From the NCBI GenBank assembly GCA_002841865.1, contig PHBD01000013.1, positions 6,524 through 70,523 on the forward strand: a stretch of 64,000 nucleotides of DNA. The letters run 5' to 3'. Below are positions 1 through 6,607 of this stretch, piece by piece. Numbering within the stretch: position 1 is the stretch's first letter; each line of letters begins with the position of its first letter. Below the pieces are notes generated by a model. That model saw nothing but the letters and a program-made list of their open reading frames with translations. It did no database searches and was not told the origin of the DNA. Both the position numbers and the translations under genes were made by a program. Source of the DNA: Deltaproteobacteria bacterium HGW-Deltaproteobacteria-19 (GTDB lineage: Bacteria > Desulfobacterota > Syntrophia > Syntrophales > PHBD01).

Positions 1-189
1 CGCAAGCTGATTGAGAATCAGCGAAACGCCCTCGGCTGCCGATGCGTCTAAGGTCAAGTCACCCTGCTGTTGCCCCCGATCATGATAGACCAGAGTCGCC
101 ATTGCTCGCAGTTTCCAAACGGCATCCAGCAGATTCGCGGCGCTGTCCTGCATGGCTTTTTTTTCTGATGAAACGGCTACCTTGCCCAT
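1..189 (-). CDS. hypothetical protein, N-terminal 63 codons (runs off window edge)
   Basis: Hand-read: ATG at 189..187 on the minus strand, with AGGAGG (cctcct at 195-200 on plus) upstream. Translation starts MGKVAVSSEKKAMQDSAANLLDAVWKL... and the frame stays open to position 1. Confidence 0.35.
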   Translation of the reverse strand, partial: MGKVAVSSEKKAMQDSAANLLDAVWKLRAMATLVYHDRGQQQGDLTLDASAAEGVSLILNQLA

Positions 190-214
190 AGTTACCTCCT
201 TTGAAATGAAAAAC

Positions 215-279
215 CCCCGAAGATCTCTCCCGGGATAGGGCATCCCGCCCGGGCGTCACCGCGCCGGGGATCTTCGGGG
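215..279. other. nested GC-rich hairpin in a divergent intergenic region
   Basis: Perfect 11-bp stem: ccccgaagatc (215-225) pairs with gatcttcgggg (269-279). Inner cccggg (229-234) can pair with cccggg (248-253). A GGGATAGGGCATCCC box lies in the loop. Confidence 0.5.
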
Positions 280-399
280 ATTGTTATTGTATACTAGCCC
301 ACCCTATCTTGGAGATATTTTAGATCCCTATATCCCCTTGTATGGGATAATGTCAAGCAATCATGTTGCCCCTTCCGCCGGGATAGGGTATAAGGCATC

Positions 400-573
400 A
401 TGCCAACAGAAAAACCGAAAGTATTAATTACCCTGGAAGACGATCTTTTGCAGCGGATTGAGGATTTCCGCTATGGGAACCGCATTCCTTCACGGGCAGA
501 GGCCGTTCGCAAGCTCATAGAAGAAGGTCTGAAAAATATCGAAACATCAAAGCCACAACCGAAAAAGAAATAG
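400..573 (+). CDS. ribbon-helix-helix (CopG/Arc-like) DNA-binding protein, 57 aa
   Basis: Below the ORF-track size cutoff, so hand-translated: MPTEKPKVLITLEDDLLQRIEDFRYGNRIPSRAEAVRKLIEEGLKNIETSKPQPKKK. It shows the short beta strand plus two helices typical of RHH regulators and antitoxins. Confidence 0.55.
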   Translation: MPTEKPKVLITLEDDLLQRIEDFRYGNRIPSRAEAVRKLIEEGLKNIETSKPQPKKK

Positions 574-616
574 CTTTTGTCAGGCGTAACAGCCCCAATA
601 TTTGCGGAGGGACACC

Positions 617-904
617 ATGCATACCGTCAGGTTGTTGGTTGGTTCCGTGCTGTTTACAATTGGCATAGCTTTCTGGGTTTGGTTTCTTCGTAATCTTTTC
701 CGCCGTCAAATCAATAGAGCGCTCCTCTTTCAAGAGTACAATAAGGCCATACAGGTTATCTGCAACACTGCGTGGATCGCTTTGGGTCTCTGGATATATC
801 CTATCCCGGTGACGGTCCCGCTCGTCTCACTAATTGCCGGGTGGGGCTTGGATGGTGGATGTCTCGATAAGCTCCGGGGAGAATTAGTAAATGAACCAAT
901 GTAG
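617..904 (+). CDS. small integral membrane protein, no recognisable family
   Basis: ORF track gives 602..904. The ATG at 617 follows GGAGGG by 7 nt. Three hydrophobic helices. The gene is AT-rich relative to its neighbours. Confidence 0.5.
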   Translation: MHTVRLLVGSVLFTIGIAFWVWFLRNLFRRQINRALLFQEYNKAIQVICNTAWIALGLWIYPIPVTVPLVSLIAGWGLDGGCLDKLRGELVNEPM

Positions 905-1352
905 GAAATATAGCAAAGCAGAGGTTGCTGTTATCTGGATTGCCGTTGTTCTCATGATCCTATCTCTTTTATACCCGCCTTATGGCTATTCAAGGTTCAC
1001 GATTTCTCATTTCAAGAAAAAAGAAGGTGTAATAATTGTTAAGAAAGGAAGCATAAAACTTGATTCGCCTTCGTCATATCAGGCACCTTCGTTAGACGAT
1101 ATTCCAGATAGACATTATTCTGTTCCATGGACATATGTAAGACATGATTTCATTCTATCTGCTCCACTCAACCATGATCGTATTCTCTATGAGAAATACA
1201 GGAATTTGGAAACAGATAAATATGTCATGTTAGCTCAACCAGATGATTATAGAATCGCATGGAACATTGTCTTCATCCAGATATTCATAATCGGCCTTTT
1301 GGCCTTTGGCTCAGTATTCACTTTGAGAAGGCTCCAACGTGCGCCGCCGTGA
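891..1352 (+). CDS. membrane-anchored protein (N- and C-terminal TM helices), no recognisable family
   Basis: 153-aa ORF that overlaps the previous ORF by 14 nt. TM helices VAVIWIAVVLMILSLLY and IVFIQIFIIGLLAFGSVF flank a soluble core. AT-rich. Confidence 0.5.
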   Translation: MNQCRKYSKAEVAVIWIAVVLMILSLLYPPYGYSRFTISHFKKKEGVIIVKKGSIKLDSPSSYQAPSLDDIPDRHYSVPWTYVRHDFILSAPLNHDRILYEKYRNLETDKYVMLAQPDDYRIAWNIVFIQIFIIGLLAFGSVFTLRRLQRAPP

Positions 1353-1486
1353 CCTTGCCCTCCGGGGCGGTCTCCACGGCCTTCTGCCATACTTTCTTCT
1401 TGTTTTCGAGTTCATGGCTTGTGCAAGCGGCGATTTGAGGGATTAAGAATCTACAATATTGCGAATCGGTCCACAGGAGGCGAAAA

Positions 1487-1849
1487 ATGAAAGCTCTTTG
1501 CGCTGTCCTTTCGGTCCTCATATTCACGTTTTTTCTCGGCTGTGCTTCTACCTCAGTAAAGTACGAAGCTGCCCCCACTCCCGCTTCCACGTACATCACG
1601 CCTTCCAAGGGCATCGAAACCTGCGTTGAATGGGAGGTCGAAAAGTGCCCGCCGCGACAAGTTGCTAAAGAATCCGTTCAACCCGCACCCCGCACCGAAC
1701 ACGCCGCCAACGCCGCCTTGGTCGAAGCTCCCGACGTGCCGCCCGACAAGTACCGCGAACCCACAAAGGAGGAACGGGATGCGTATAAATTCAGTTGGGA
1801 CGACTTCTGGAAAACCATGGTCGATCTGATCCCCCCGTACATCCCCTAG
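1487..1849 (+). CDS. lipoprotein, function unknown
   Basis: Signal peptide with lipobox (LIFTFFLGC followed by AST). GGAGG lies 6 nt upstream of the ATG. Confidence 0.55.
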   Translation: MKALCAVLSVLIFTFFLGCASTSVKYEAAPTPASTYITPSKGIETCVEWEVEKCPPRQVAKESVQPAPRTEHAANAALVEAPDVPPDKYREPTKEERDAYKFSWDDFWKTMVDLIPPYIP

Positions 1850-1935
1850 TAGAACAGCGTGGCGTTCAGAACGCCGTTGTTCCCGTTCGTCGCGTTGATG
1901 AACTTCAGCTTGTCGGAGAATGGCTTCAGAAGGCG

Positions 1936-3003
1936 TTAGATCATCCCCGCGCTTTTTTTGAGGCGACCGATGTTCCCGCCGCCCATGGCAGAGGCCATTT
2001 CAGACAGGTACTTGAGCATGGCGGAACCGGAATTTGTCGTCGTGGCTGCGGAAGTCGTAGCGCTGCTCGTCATGGCGTCTGCGATAGAGGTAGGTTCAGC
2101 CGCCGCCGCTTCGGTTGTCGCCGTGGTCCCGGTATTGGAAATGATGTTCTGCGAATCCGTGCCGAACAGCTGGGAAAGGATGTTGTTGAGTCCTATTTTT
2201 GTTCCGGTGCGTGCCAGATCCCCGGCAAAACCCGACAGGATATTGCCCTGTGGTGTGCTCGAAAGCATCCCTTCCGTGGGCATTCCGGTAGAACTCCATC
2301 CCTGATCGAGTGCGCCGCCAACATCGGCAGCACCGGAGAAAAAGTCGCTTGCCAGACCCCCGGCGTAGGATGCCGCCCCGCCGATTATCGCGCTACTAAG
2401 CCCAGACTTTGCAACATCACCTATGCTGCCGCCCTTTCCCGCGGTGTCGCCCGCCTTTTTGAGGCCGGTTAGAGCTGCTCCAAGAAGAGGACCGCCTACA
2501 TATGATCCGAAAACGCCGGGGATAATGTCACCGAGGACATTCACCGAGTTTCGCACAAGGTCGTGGCCCCAATCGCCGGTATTGCCCATCGTGTTTCGGT
2601 AGGCGAGATTCAGGGCTAAATCCTTGTTCCATTCCGTAGGGCTCCTGAACGGGTTAAATGCGGCATTGACAAAGGTTCCGCCCTCTGTGTCGGTGTCCCA
2701 TGTTCCGGGGCTCTTGAGGCTCGACAGAAATTCTCCGAGAAGATTCCCCTGGTCGGTCCCCCTGGTGCTTAGAACGTAGTCCCGGTAGGCGTCGTTACTG
2801 ACATAGCCGTTCTGCGCGATTCCCCGGAGGTCCGAGATAATGGACGAATAGTCCGTAGTGTCGGCGGTCGCGGGGGTCGGTGTTTCCGTAATGGTCGTGG
2901 GAGCTGCACCTGTGGCTCCGGCACCTTGGGGACCTCCGCCGAGAACATCCCAATCCGGATTAGGAAGACTGCTCATCATGCTTGAGAGAATAGAACCGTT
3001 CAT
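1936..3003 (-). CDS. Gly/Ala/Ser/Thr-rich protein with glycine-zipper segments, function unknown
   Basis: 355-aa ORF with GGAGGAG upstream. It starts 21 nt after the preceding gene's stop. GxxxG-type runs are present (GSYVGGPLLGAALTG, IIGGAASYAGGLASDFFSGAADVGG). The termini are T/A-rich and low-complexity. No signal peptide. Confidence 0.6.
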   Translation of the reverse strand: MNGSILSSMMSSLPNPDWDVLGGGPQGAGATGAAPTTITETPTPATADTTDYSSIISDLRGIAQNGYVSNDAYRDYVLSTRGTDQGNLLGEFLSSLKSPGTWDTDTEGGTFVNAAFNPFRSPTEWNKDLALNLAYRNTMGNTGDWGHDLVRNSVNVLGDIIPGVFGSYVGGPLLGAALTGLKKAGDTAGKGGSIGDVAKSGLSSAIIGGAASYAGGLASDFFSGAADVGGALDQGWSSTGMPTEGMLSSTPQGNILSGFAGDLARTGTKIGLNNILSQLFGTDSQNIISNTGTTATTEAAAAEPTSIADAMTSSATTSAATTTNSGSAMLKYLSEMASAMGGGNIGRLKKSAGMI

Positions 3004-3023
3004 TATTTACTCCTCCGTACAGA

Positions 3024-3365
3024 CTATGAAGTGACAATAGACGGGCGTTCCCCCATCCCCGGTAGGCATCGTTGAAAATAGCCGTCAATCTGTCGGCTCC
3101 CGTGGGGATTTGCAGGACTAATTGAGACCATCCATTCCCGGTCTTTGCACCCGGTTCCTACCCGGTTCGGATTCTTGCCCATGCGGAACGGATAGAGGAC
3201 ACAGGCAGGCTTGATGCAGGCCCTCACGAAATCTGCCTTTCCGCCCTGGCAGGCAAGACAGAATTGGCGGATTAGCCGGACGGACGGACGACCCTTTCCA
3301 AGCCGGTGGGGATGAAACCCACACGGTAGGAAACCTTCCCACTTGCCGTCTCGTCGCCGTCGCAT
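3024..3365 (-). CDS. small Cys4 zinc-ribbon protein of mobile-element backbones
   Basis: The ORF-track start at 3494 is a TTG. I prefer the ATG at 3365, which has GAGGG 8 nt upstream. The motif FCLACQGG..VRAC..CVLYPFRMGKNP resembles the small C4 proteins I recall from phage and island backbones. Confidence 0.5.
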   Translation of the reverse strand: MRRRRDGKWEGFLPCGFHPHRLGKGRPSVRLIRQFCLACQGGKADFVRACIKPACVLYPFRMGKNPNRVGTGCKDREWMVSISPANPHGSRQIDGYFQRCLPGMGERPSIVTS

Positions 3366-3480
3366 CCGGCTACCCTCGCGTTCTGTCCGCCGCAACAATG
3401 GACACAGTAAGTCCTGATCGCTTGCCCTGGTGTCATCGCTTAATCTCCTTCCCTGTTGTATCGTGCGCGCACATGGGTGC

Positions 3481-3660
3481 GGCGAAATCCTCAATGGGAC
3501 GCCAACGACAGAAGCACTGAAAGCGGCAGGATACTCGGATAGTTATGCAAAAGCTCATCCGGGCGAAATCCTGAATAATCCTGAAATTCCTGCGGGGCAC
3601 TCCCTCTTCCTGCATCGCGGGCGCGGGCGCGCGTACGTTTGCGAATCCTTGCCAATCCTT
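3481..3660. repeat. cluster of AATCCT-core repeats in a gene-free tract
   Basis: ggcgaaatcctcaat (3481-3495) and ggcgaaatcctgaat (3562-3576) lie 81 nt apart. A tandem aatcctgaat/aatcctgaaa/ttcctg runs over 3567-3592. gaatcctt and caatcctt occur at 3644-3660. Confidence 0.5.
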
Positions 3661-3839
3661 CAATCTCCGGCTTTTCCCCGGTCCTTCCGCTTCAAGGTGA
3701 CGGCCTCCGGGATCGTGGTATCCTTCGGAAAGTAGATCATCCCGACAATCCCGCCGTCCGCTTCTAGGGTGTAGCGGTGAAAGCGTTTGCTGTCCTGTTC
3801 GTATTTGAACGTCCCTTTTGCTTCGTTTTCTTCTGTCAT
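3660..3839 (-). CDS. hypothetical small protein, 59 aa
   Basis: Below the ORF-track cutoff, so hand-read. GGGAGG lies 9 nt upstream of the ATG at 3839. Translation: MTEENEAKGTFKYEQDSKRFHRYTLEADGGIVGMIYFPKDTTIPEAVTLKRKDRGKAGD. Confidence 0.4.
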   Translation of the reverse strand: MTEENEAKGTFKYEQDSKRFHRYTLEADGGIVGMIYFPKDTTIPEAVTLKRKDRGKAGD

Positions 3840-3951
3840 TTTGAATACCTCCCTTTGATGTGTATGCTCTTGTTTTTATAGGTTGCTGTTGCTCATTGCG
3901 TTGTGTGTGGGTTCGTTCTTATGCCGGTCTAAATCATCTTTCATGGGTTCG

Positions 3952-4227
3952 TTACTTTGCGAAGATCTTCCGCGTGAGCCAATTCAACGAAGCCCTCCTT
4001 TTGCCTTCGTCGGTTTTCGGCCCGGTGCTGAGCCCCCCGTGATACTTGCACCTGCCGTTCTCATACAGGCGCTTACAAATGCAGGCGGTTCCGTTCCTGG
4101 TCATGGCTCCACAAGTCATACCTCGACAATCCTCTGGGAAGGGTCTCCGCCGATCCCGGCACCATTGCCGCCACAGCTTTCTCATTTCGGGTGTGCTCAT
4201 CTCGTTTCCCGCCTTCATTCTGTCCAT
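3952..4227 (-). CDS. HGGxSTG-motif protein (mobile-element associated)
   Basis: Cys-rich 91-aa ORF containing CKYHGGLSTGPKTDEGK. It overlaps the end of the PrimPol gene by 13 nt, which suggests translational coupling. Confidence 0.65.
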   Translation of the reverse strand: MDRMKAGNEMSTPEMRKLWRQWCRDRRRPFPEDCRGMTCGAMTRNGTACICKRLYENGRCKYHGGLSTGPKTDEGKRRASLNWLTRKIFAK

Positions 4228-5834
4228 TCGCTGGTGGCTTCAAACTTCGACCCACCAAAGAGTTTATAGGTCCGATGGAGCCCACGCGGGTTCCTGCCTG
4301 TTCGCCATGCCTTCGCATCGGTGATCTTGATCCGGTTGACCTTCTGGTCCGCCAGGTAATCAAGGGACAGATAAAGTCGGGCTTTTTCTTTTGAGAAGTC
4401 GCCGCCCCGTCCATCGTCCTTCCCCTCTGCTTTCTGCAAAGCAATGATGCAGATTCCATCTTTCATCTTTTTATGAATCTCCTGAATCATCTTGGCGACC
4501 TTCCAGAATTCATCATGGATTTCCAGAAAGTCGATGATGAAGATCTTTCGTTCTGGTGTGATAAGATCCGCGAAGTTACCGGCTCGGTGATAGGGGCGGA
4601 ATTTCCAGAATGACAGAGGTGTTTTTTCGAACAGTTCAAGGCGCTTTCGGAATTCGGTGTCTCCCATTTCCGAATTGAGATAGACAATATCGTGCCGGTG
4701 TTGATTCATCCGGACGACGTTCAACAGAAAGGCGGTCTTACCCGCTGATTTGCTCCCGGCAACAATGACGATGTTCCCGGGATAAAGTGAGCAAAGCTCC
4801 TCGATCTCCAACGGCCAGTTGACCGGGAATTCATCCGTGGGGGCAGAAAGGAAATTTACGGGATTCAGGTCTGTTTCTATCCGGCGATAGCATCCGCGCC
4901 TGTTCCCATGCTTCTCCAAGATCGGCTCGGGGCCTTCACAAAGTCGAAGCAGGGCCATGTTCGCCGCCCTGATCTCCTCTTTTGTGGTTAGTTGTAGCTC
5001 TTTGTGGTTAGTTGTGGTTTCGAAGTAGCCAGTTGTGGTTTCGACCCACTCCCTGACCTCGGCGGCGATGTTCCTCTCCCTCCGCTCGGCCCTCTTCAGG
5101 GCGCTGTCAATTTTCGCTCGGATTTCGTTTTTCGGGAAAGGCGGATTTGAGTTTATCGCCAATATATCAAGGACTTGTTTAGCAAATGGGATTTCACAGC
5201 CGCCCTTGATTAGACAATTTGCAGCATGGAAAAGGTCGTTGTCCCTGTGTCCTTCGGTGAAGTAGTTGTGGTCACTTGTGGTCTTTGTGGTCTCCTGTGG
5301 TTTCCGTTGACCACACCCCTCTATATTAACTGCTAAAATATTAAATAAAGATACAGACGCCGGCGCCGGGGCGACCTCGTCCAGGGAAAGCCCCTCCTGC
5401 CAGGTGTAGTGCTTGCCTTCTGCGTTGATCGAAGGCGGGGCGATGATGTACCCGCCTTCACCCCGGAAATCGACTCCCGGCATGATATTGGTGCCAACGG
5501 TGATCCCGCTGCCCTTGGGATACTGAAACCACAGATGCCAGCCACGCGGGGTCTTGGCTATGGGCAGGAGCAGAGCATCCGGAAGGAGCTTCTGCACGGA
5601 CTCGTAAGCCTCCCGGGTGTCACAGTCGATAACGAGCACCCCTGAGACTTCCCCCGTGACGATGCCGATCATGGCCCCCGGCCACTTCGTCCACCACGCC
5701 CGGATCTCTTCCACCCTGGCGCATCGCTTCTGGAAGTCTGTCCATGAGATGTAAGACCTCTTATCTCTCCCAACCGGAATTACCGAATAACCCCGCCCTG
5801 CATAGTCCAGGGCCGCCTGTAGGTTACTTCCCAT
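4215..5834 (-). CDS. bifunctional primase-polymerase (PrimPol) / P-loop helicase replication protein
   Basis: N-terminal PrimPol motifs: GYSVIPV, VLVIDCD (DxD), GGYIIAPPS. C-terminal Walker A (AGSKSAGKT) in a RecA/DnaB-like ATPase domain. 539 aa. Confidence 0.85.
   Translation of the reverse strand: MGSNLQAALDYAGRGYSVIPVGRDKRSYISWTDFQKRCARVEEIRAWWTKWPGAMIGIVTGEVSGVLVIDCDTREAYESVQKLLPDALLLPIAKTPRGWHLWFQYPKGSGITVGTNIMPGVDFRGEGGYIIAPPSINAEGKHYTWQEGLSLDEVAPAPASVSLFNILAVNIEGCGQRKPQETTKTTSDHNYFTEGHRDNDLFHAANCLIKGGCEIPFAKQVLDILAINSNPPFPKNEIRAKIDSALKRAERRERNIAAEVREWVETTTGYFETTTNHKELQLTTKEEIRAANMALLRLCEGPEPILEKHGNRRGCYRRIETDLNPVNFLSAPTDEFPVNWPLEIEELCSLYPGNIVIVAGSKSAGKTAFLLNVVRMNQHRHDIVYLNSEMGDTEFRKRLELFEKTPLSFWKFRPYHRAGNFADLITPERKIFIIDFLEIHDEFWKVAKMIQEIHKKMKDGICIIALQKAEGKDDGRGGDFSKEKARLYLSLDYLADQKVNRIKITDAKAWRTGRNPRGLHRTYKLFGGSKFEATSEWTE
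4981..5044. repeat. iteron-like direct repeats inside the PrimPol-helicase gene (cluster A)
   Basis: TTTGTGGTTAGTTGT occurs at 4981-4995 and 5001-5015 (20-bp period). AGTTGTGGTTTCGA occurs at 5010-5023 and 5031-5044 (21-bp period). Confidence 0.6.
5266..5354. repeat. candidate embedded replication origin: four tandem iterons, one inverted copy and an AT-rich tract (cluster B)
   Basis: TTGTGGTC occurs at 5266, 5276 and 5285, and CTGTGGTT at 5295 (9-10 bp period). An inverted GACCACA lies at 5309-5315. The 34-nt tract 5321-5354 has only 6 G/C. Confidence 0.5.
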
Positions 5835-6060
5835 AGGTGACGCCTCCTCCGGCCAGTTCGTGCCGGATTATCTTTTCAACGCGCTCCGCCTTGTCCGGTC
5901 TCTGGTGGCACTTTGAACACAGGCAATAGCGGAAGGCTTTCCCCGCAGATATTCCCCACATCATTGGTTTATCGGGAACGAAGATTCCCACGACACCCGG
6001 CGCTTCCCCGCATAGAAGGCAGGCGTCTGAGGGTAGCCGTTCGATAATTTCCCTGGCCAT
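5824..6060 (-). CDS. small zinc-ribbon protein (CxxC...CxxC), function unknown
   Basis: The ATG at 6060 lies 2 nt after the alpA stop. 78 aa with CLLCGE and CLCSKC. It overlaps the PrimPol start by 11 nt. The ORF-track N-terminal extension (to 6174) overlaps alpA and was rejected. Confidence 0.45.
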   Translation of the reverse strand: MAREIIERLPSDACLLCGEAPGVVGIFVPDKPMMWGISAGKAFRYCLCSKCHQRPDKAERVEKIIRHELAGGGVTYGK

Positions 6061-6062
6061 GC

Positions 6063-6287
6063 TCAATGCTTCCCCTCGATTAACGCCCTGATGTCCGACA
6101 CCCTCCACGCCGTGCACCGTATCGACAGCTTGACGGGCTGCGGATAAATTCCTTTCCGCACTCCCGCCCACCATGTCGAACGCGAGACGGGTATCACGGC
6201 GGGAATCGGTGGATTTGCCTTAGGGTCTCCTACAATCTGAGGGAGCCGGACAAAGCCCGTTTCGGGAAGAGTCATTCTGTTTGCCAC
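6063..6287 (-). CDS. alpA: AlpA-family phage/island transcriptional regulator
   Basis: GFVRLPQIV...VSRSTWWAGVRKGIYPQPVKLSIRCTAWRVSDIRALI matches the AlpA/prophage CP4-57 regulator pattern. Confidence 0.75.
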   Translation of the reverse strand: MANRMTLPETGFVRLPQIVGDPKANPPIPAVIPVSRSTWWAGVRKGIYPQPVKLSIRCTAWRVSDIRALIEGKH

Positions 6288-6290
6288 CTC

Positions 6291-6482
6291 CTAAGCCCGT
6301 TGGTCCCGCGTCGGTGTCGGGCGCTGTCTGCAAAACGCCTCGATGTCTGCCGCGTCATACCGGACAGCCTTCCCACCGATCTTGAAGAAGCGGGGGCCGA
6401 TTTTCCGGTGTCGCCAGTTTGCCAGGGTTCCCGTGGAAAGCCCCGTCCGCTCGGCTACCTCTCTGTCTTTCAGTAAGGTCAT
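6291..6482 (-). CDS. excisionase-family helix-turn-helix protein
   Basis: LLKDREVAERTGLSTGTLANWRHRKIGPRFFKIGGKAVRYDAADIEAF matches the excisionase/MerR-type HTH pattern. AGGAGGG lies 9 nt upstream of the ATG. Confidence 0.75.
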   Translation of the reverse strand: MTLLKDREVAERTGLSTGTLANWRHRKIGPRFFKIGGKAVRYDAADIEAFCRQRPTPTRDQRA

Positions 6483-6516
6483 GATTGTTTACCCTCCTGT
6501 TTTTTGCTTTCCTTAA

Positions 6517-6533
6517 TTGCACCCTCCATGCCA
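6517..6533 (-). promoter_or_regulatory. candidate sigma54 (-24/-12) promoter
   Basis: The minus strand reads TGGCAT-GGAGG-GTGCA, with exact GG-N10-GC spacing. That is 9 of 11 matches to TGGCAC-N5-TTGCA. It lies about 35-50 nt upstream of the ATG at 6482. Confidence 0.45.
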
Positions 6534-6538
6534 TAACG

Positions 6539-6572
6539 AAAAAAGGCGGCCAGCATTACGCTAACCGCCCTT
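6539..6572 (-). terminator. possible intrinsic terminator after the activator gene
   Basis: On the minus strand GGGCGG...CCGCC (with an interrupted inner stem) is followed by TTTTTT (plus-strand A-run 6539-6544). The stem is short, so this is a weak call. Confidence 0.3.
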
Positions 6573-6607
6573 AATTCTTGGTCATTATCTTTGTCTGGTA
6601 TTTCTTT

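Noticed and set aside
344-360. A second sigma54-like element, GGGATA-ATGTC-AAGCA, upstream of the RHH gene.
   Set aside because: Only the GG and GC dinucleotides and their spacing fit. The flanking consensus positions are poor, and the GG belongs to the repeated GGGATA box. It is too weak to call.
1318-1614. Minus-strand 98-aa ORF overlapping the start of the lipoprotein gene.
   Set aside because: There is no RBS, and the plus-strand ORF has a canonical signal peptide, lipobox and GGAGG. It is likely a shadow ORF.
1846-1935. 29 sense codons continue in frame after the TAA stop of the glycine-zipper gene (RLLKPFSDKLKFINATNGNNGVLNATLFY), suggesting read-through or a recent nonsense mutation.
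   Set aside because: A run of this length without stops is not improbable by chance, and it overlaps the end of the convergent lipoprotein gene. Comparison with homologues would be needed.
3430-3735. Plus-strand 101-aa ORF as an intact gene.
   Set aside because: It starts at GTG without an RBS. It overlaps the RBS-supported minus-strand 59-aa gene. It is protein-like only over about 30 residues. I kept it only as a possible terS-like vestige (see findings).
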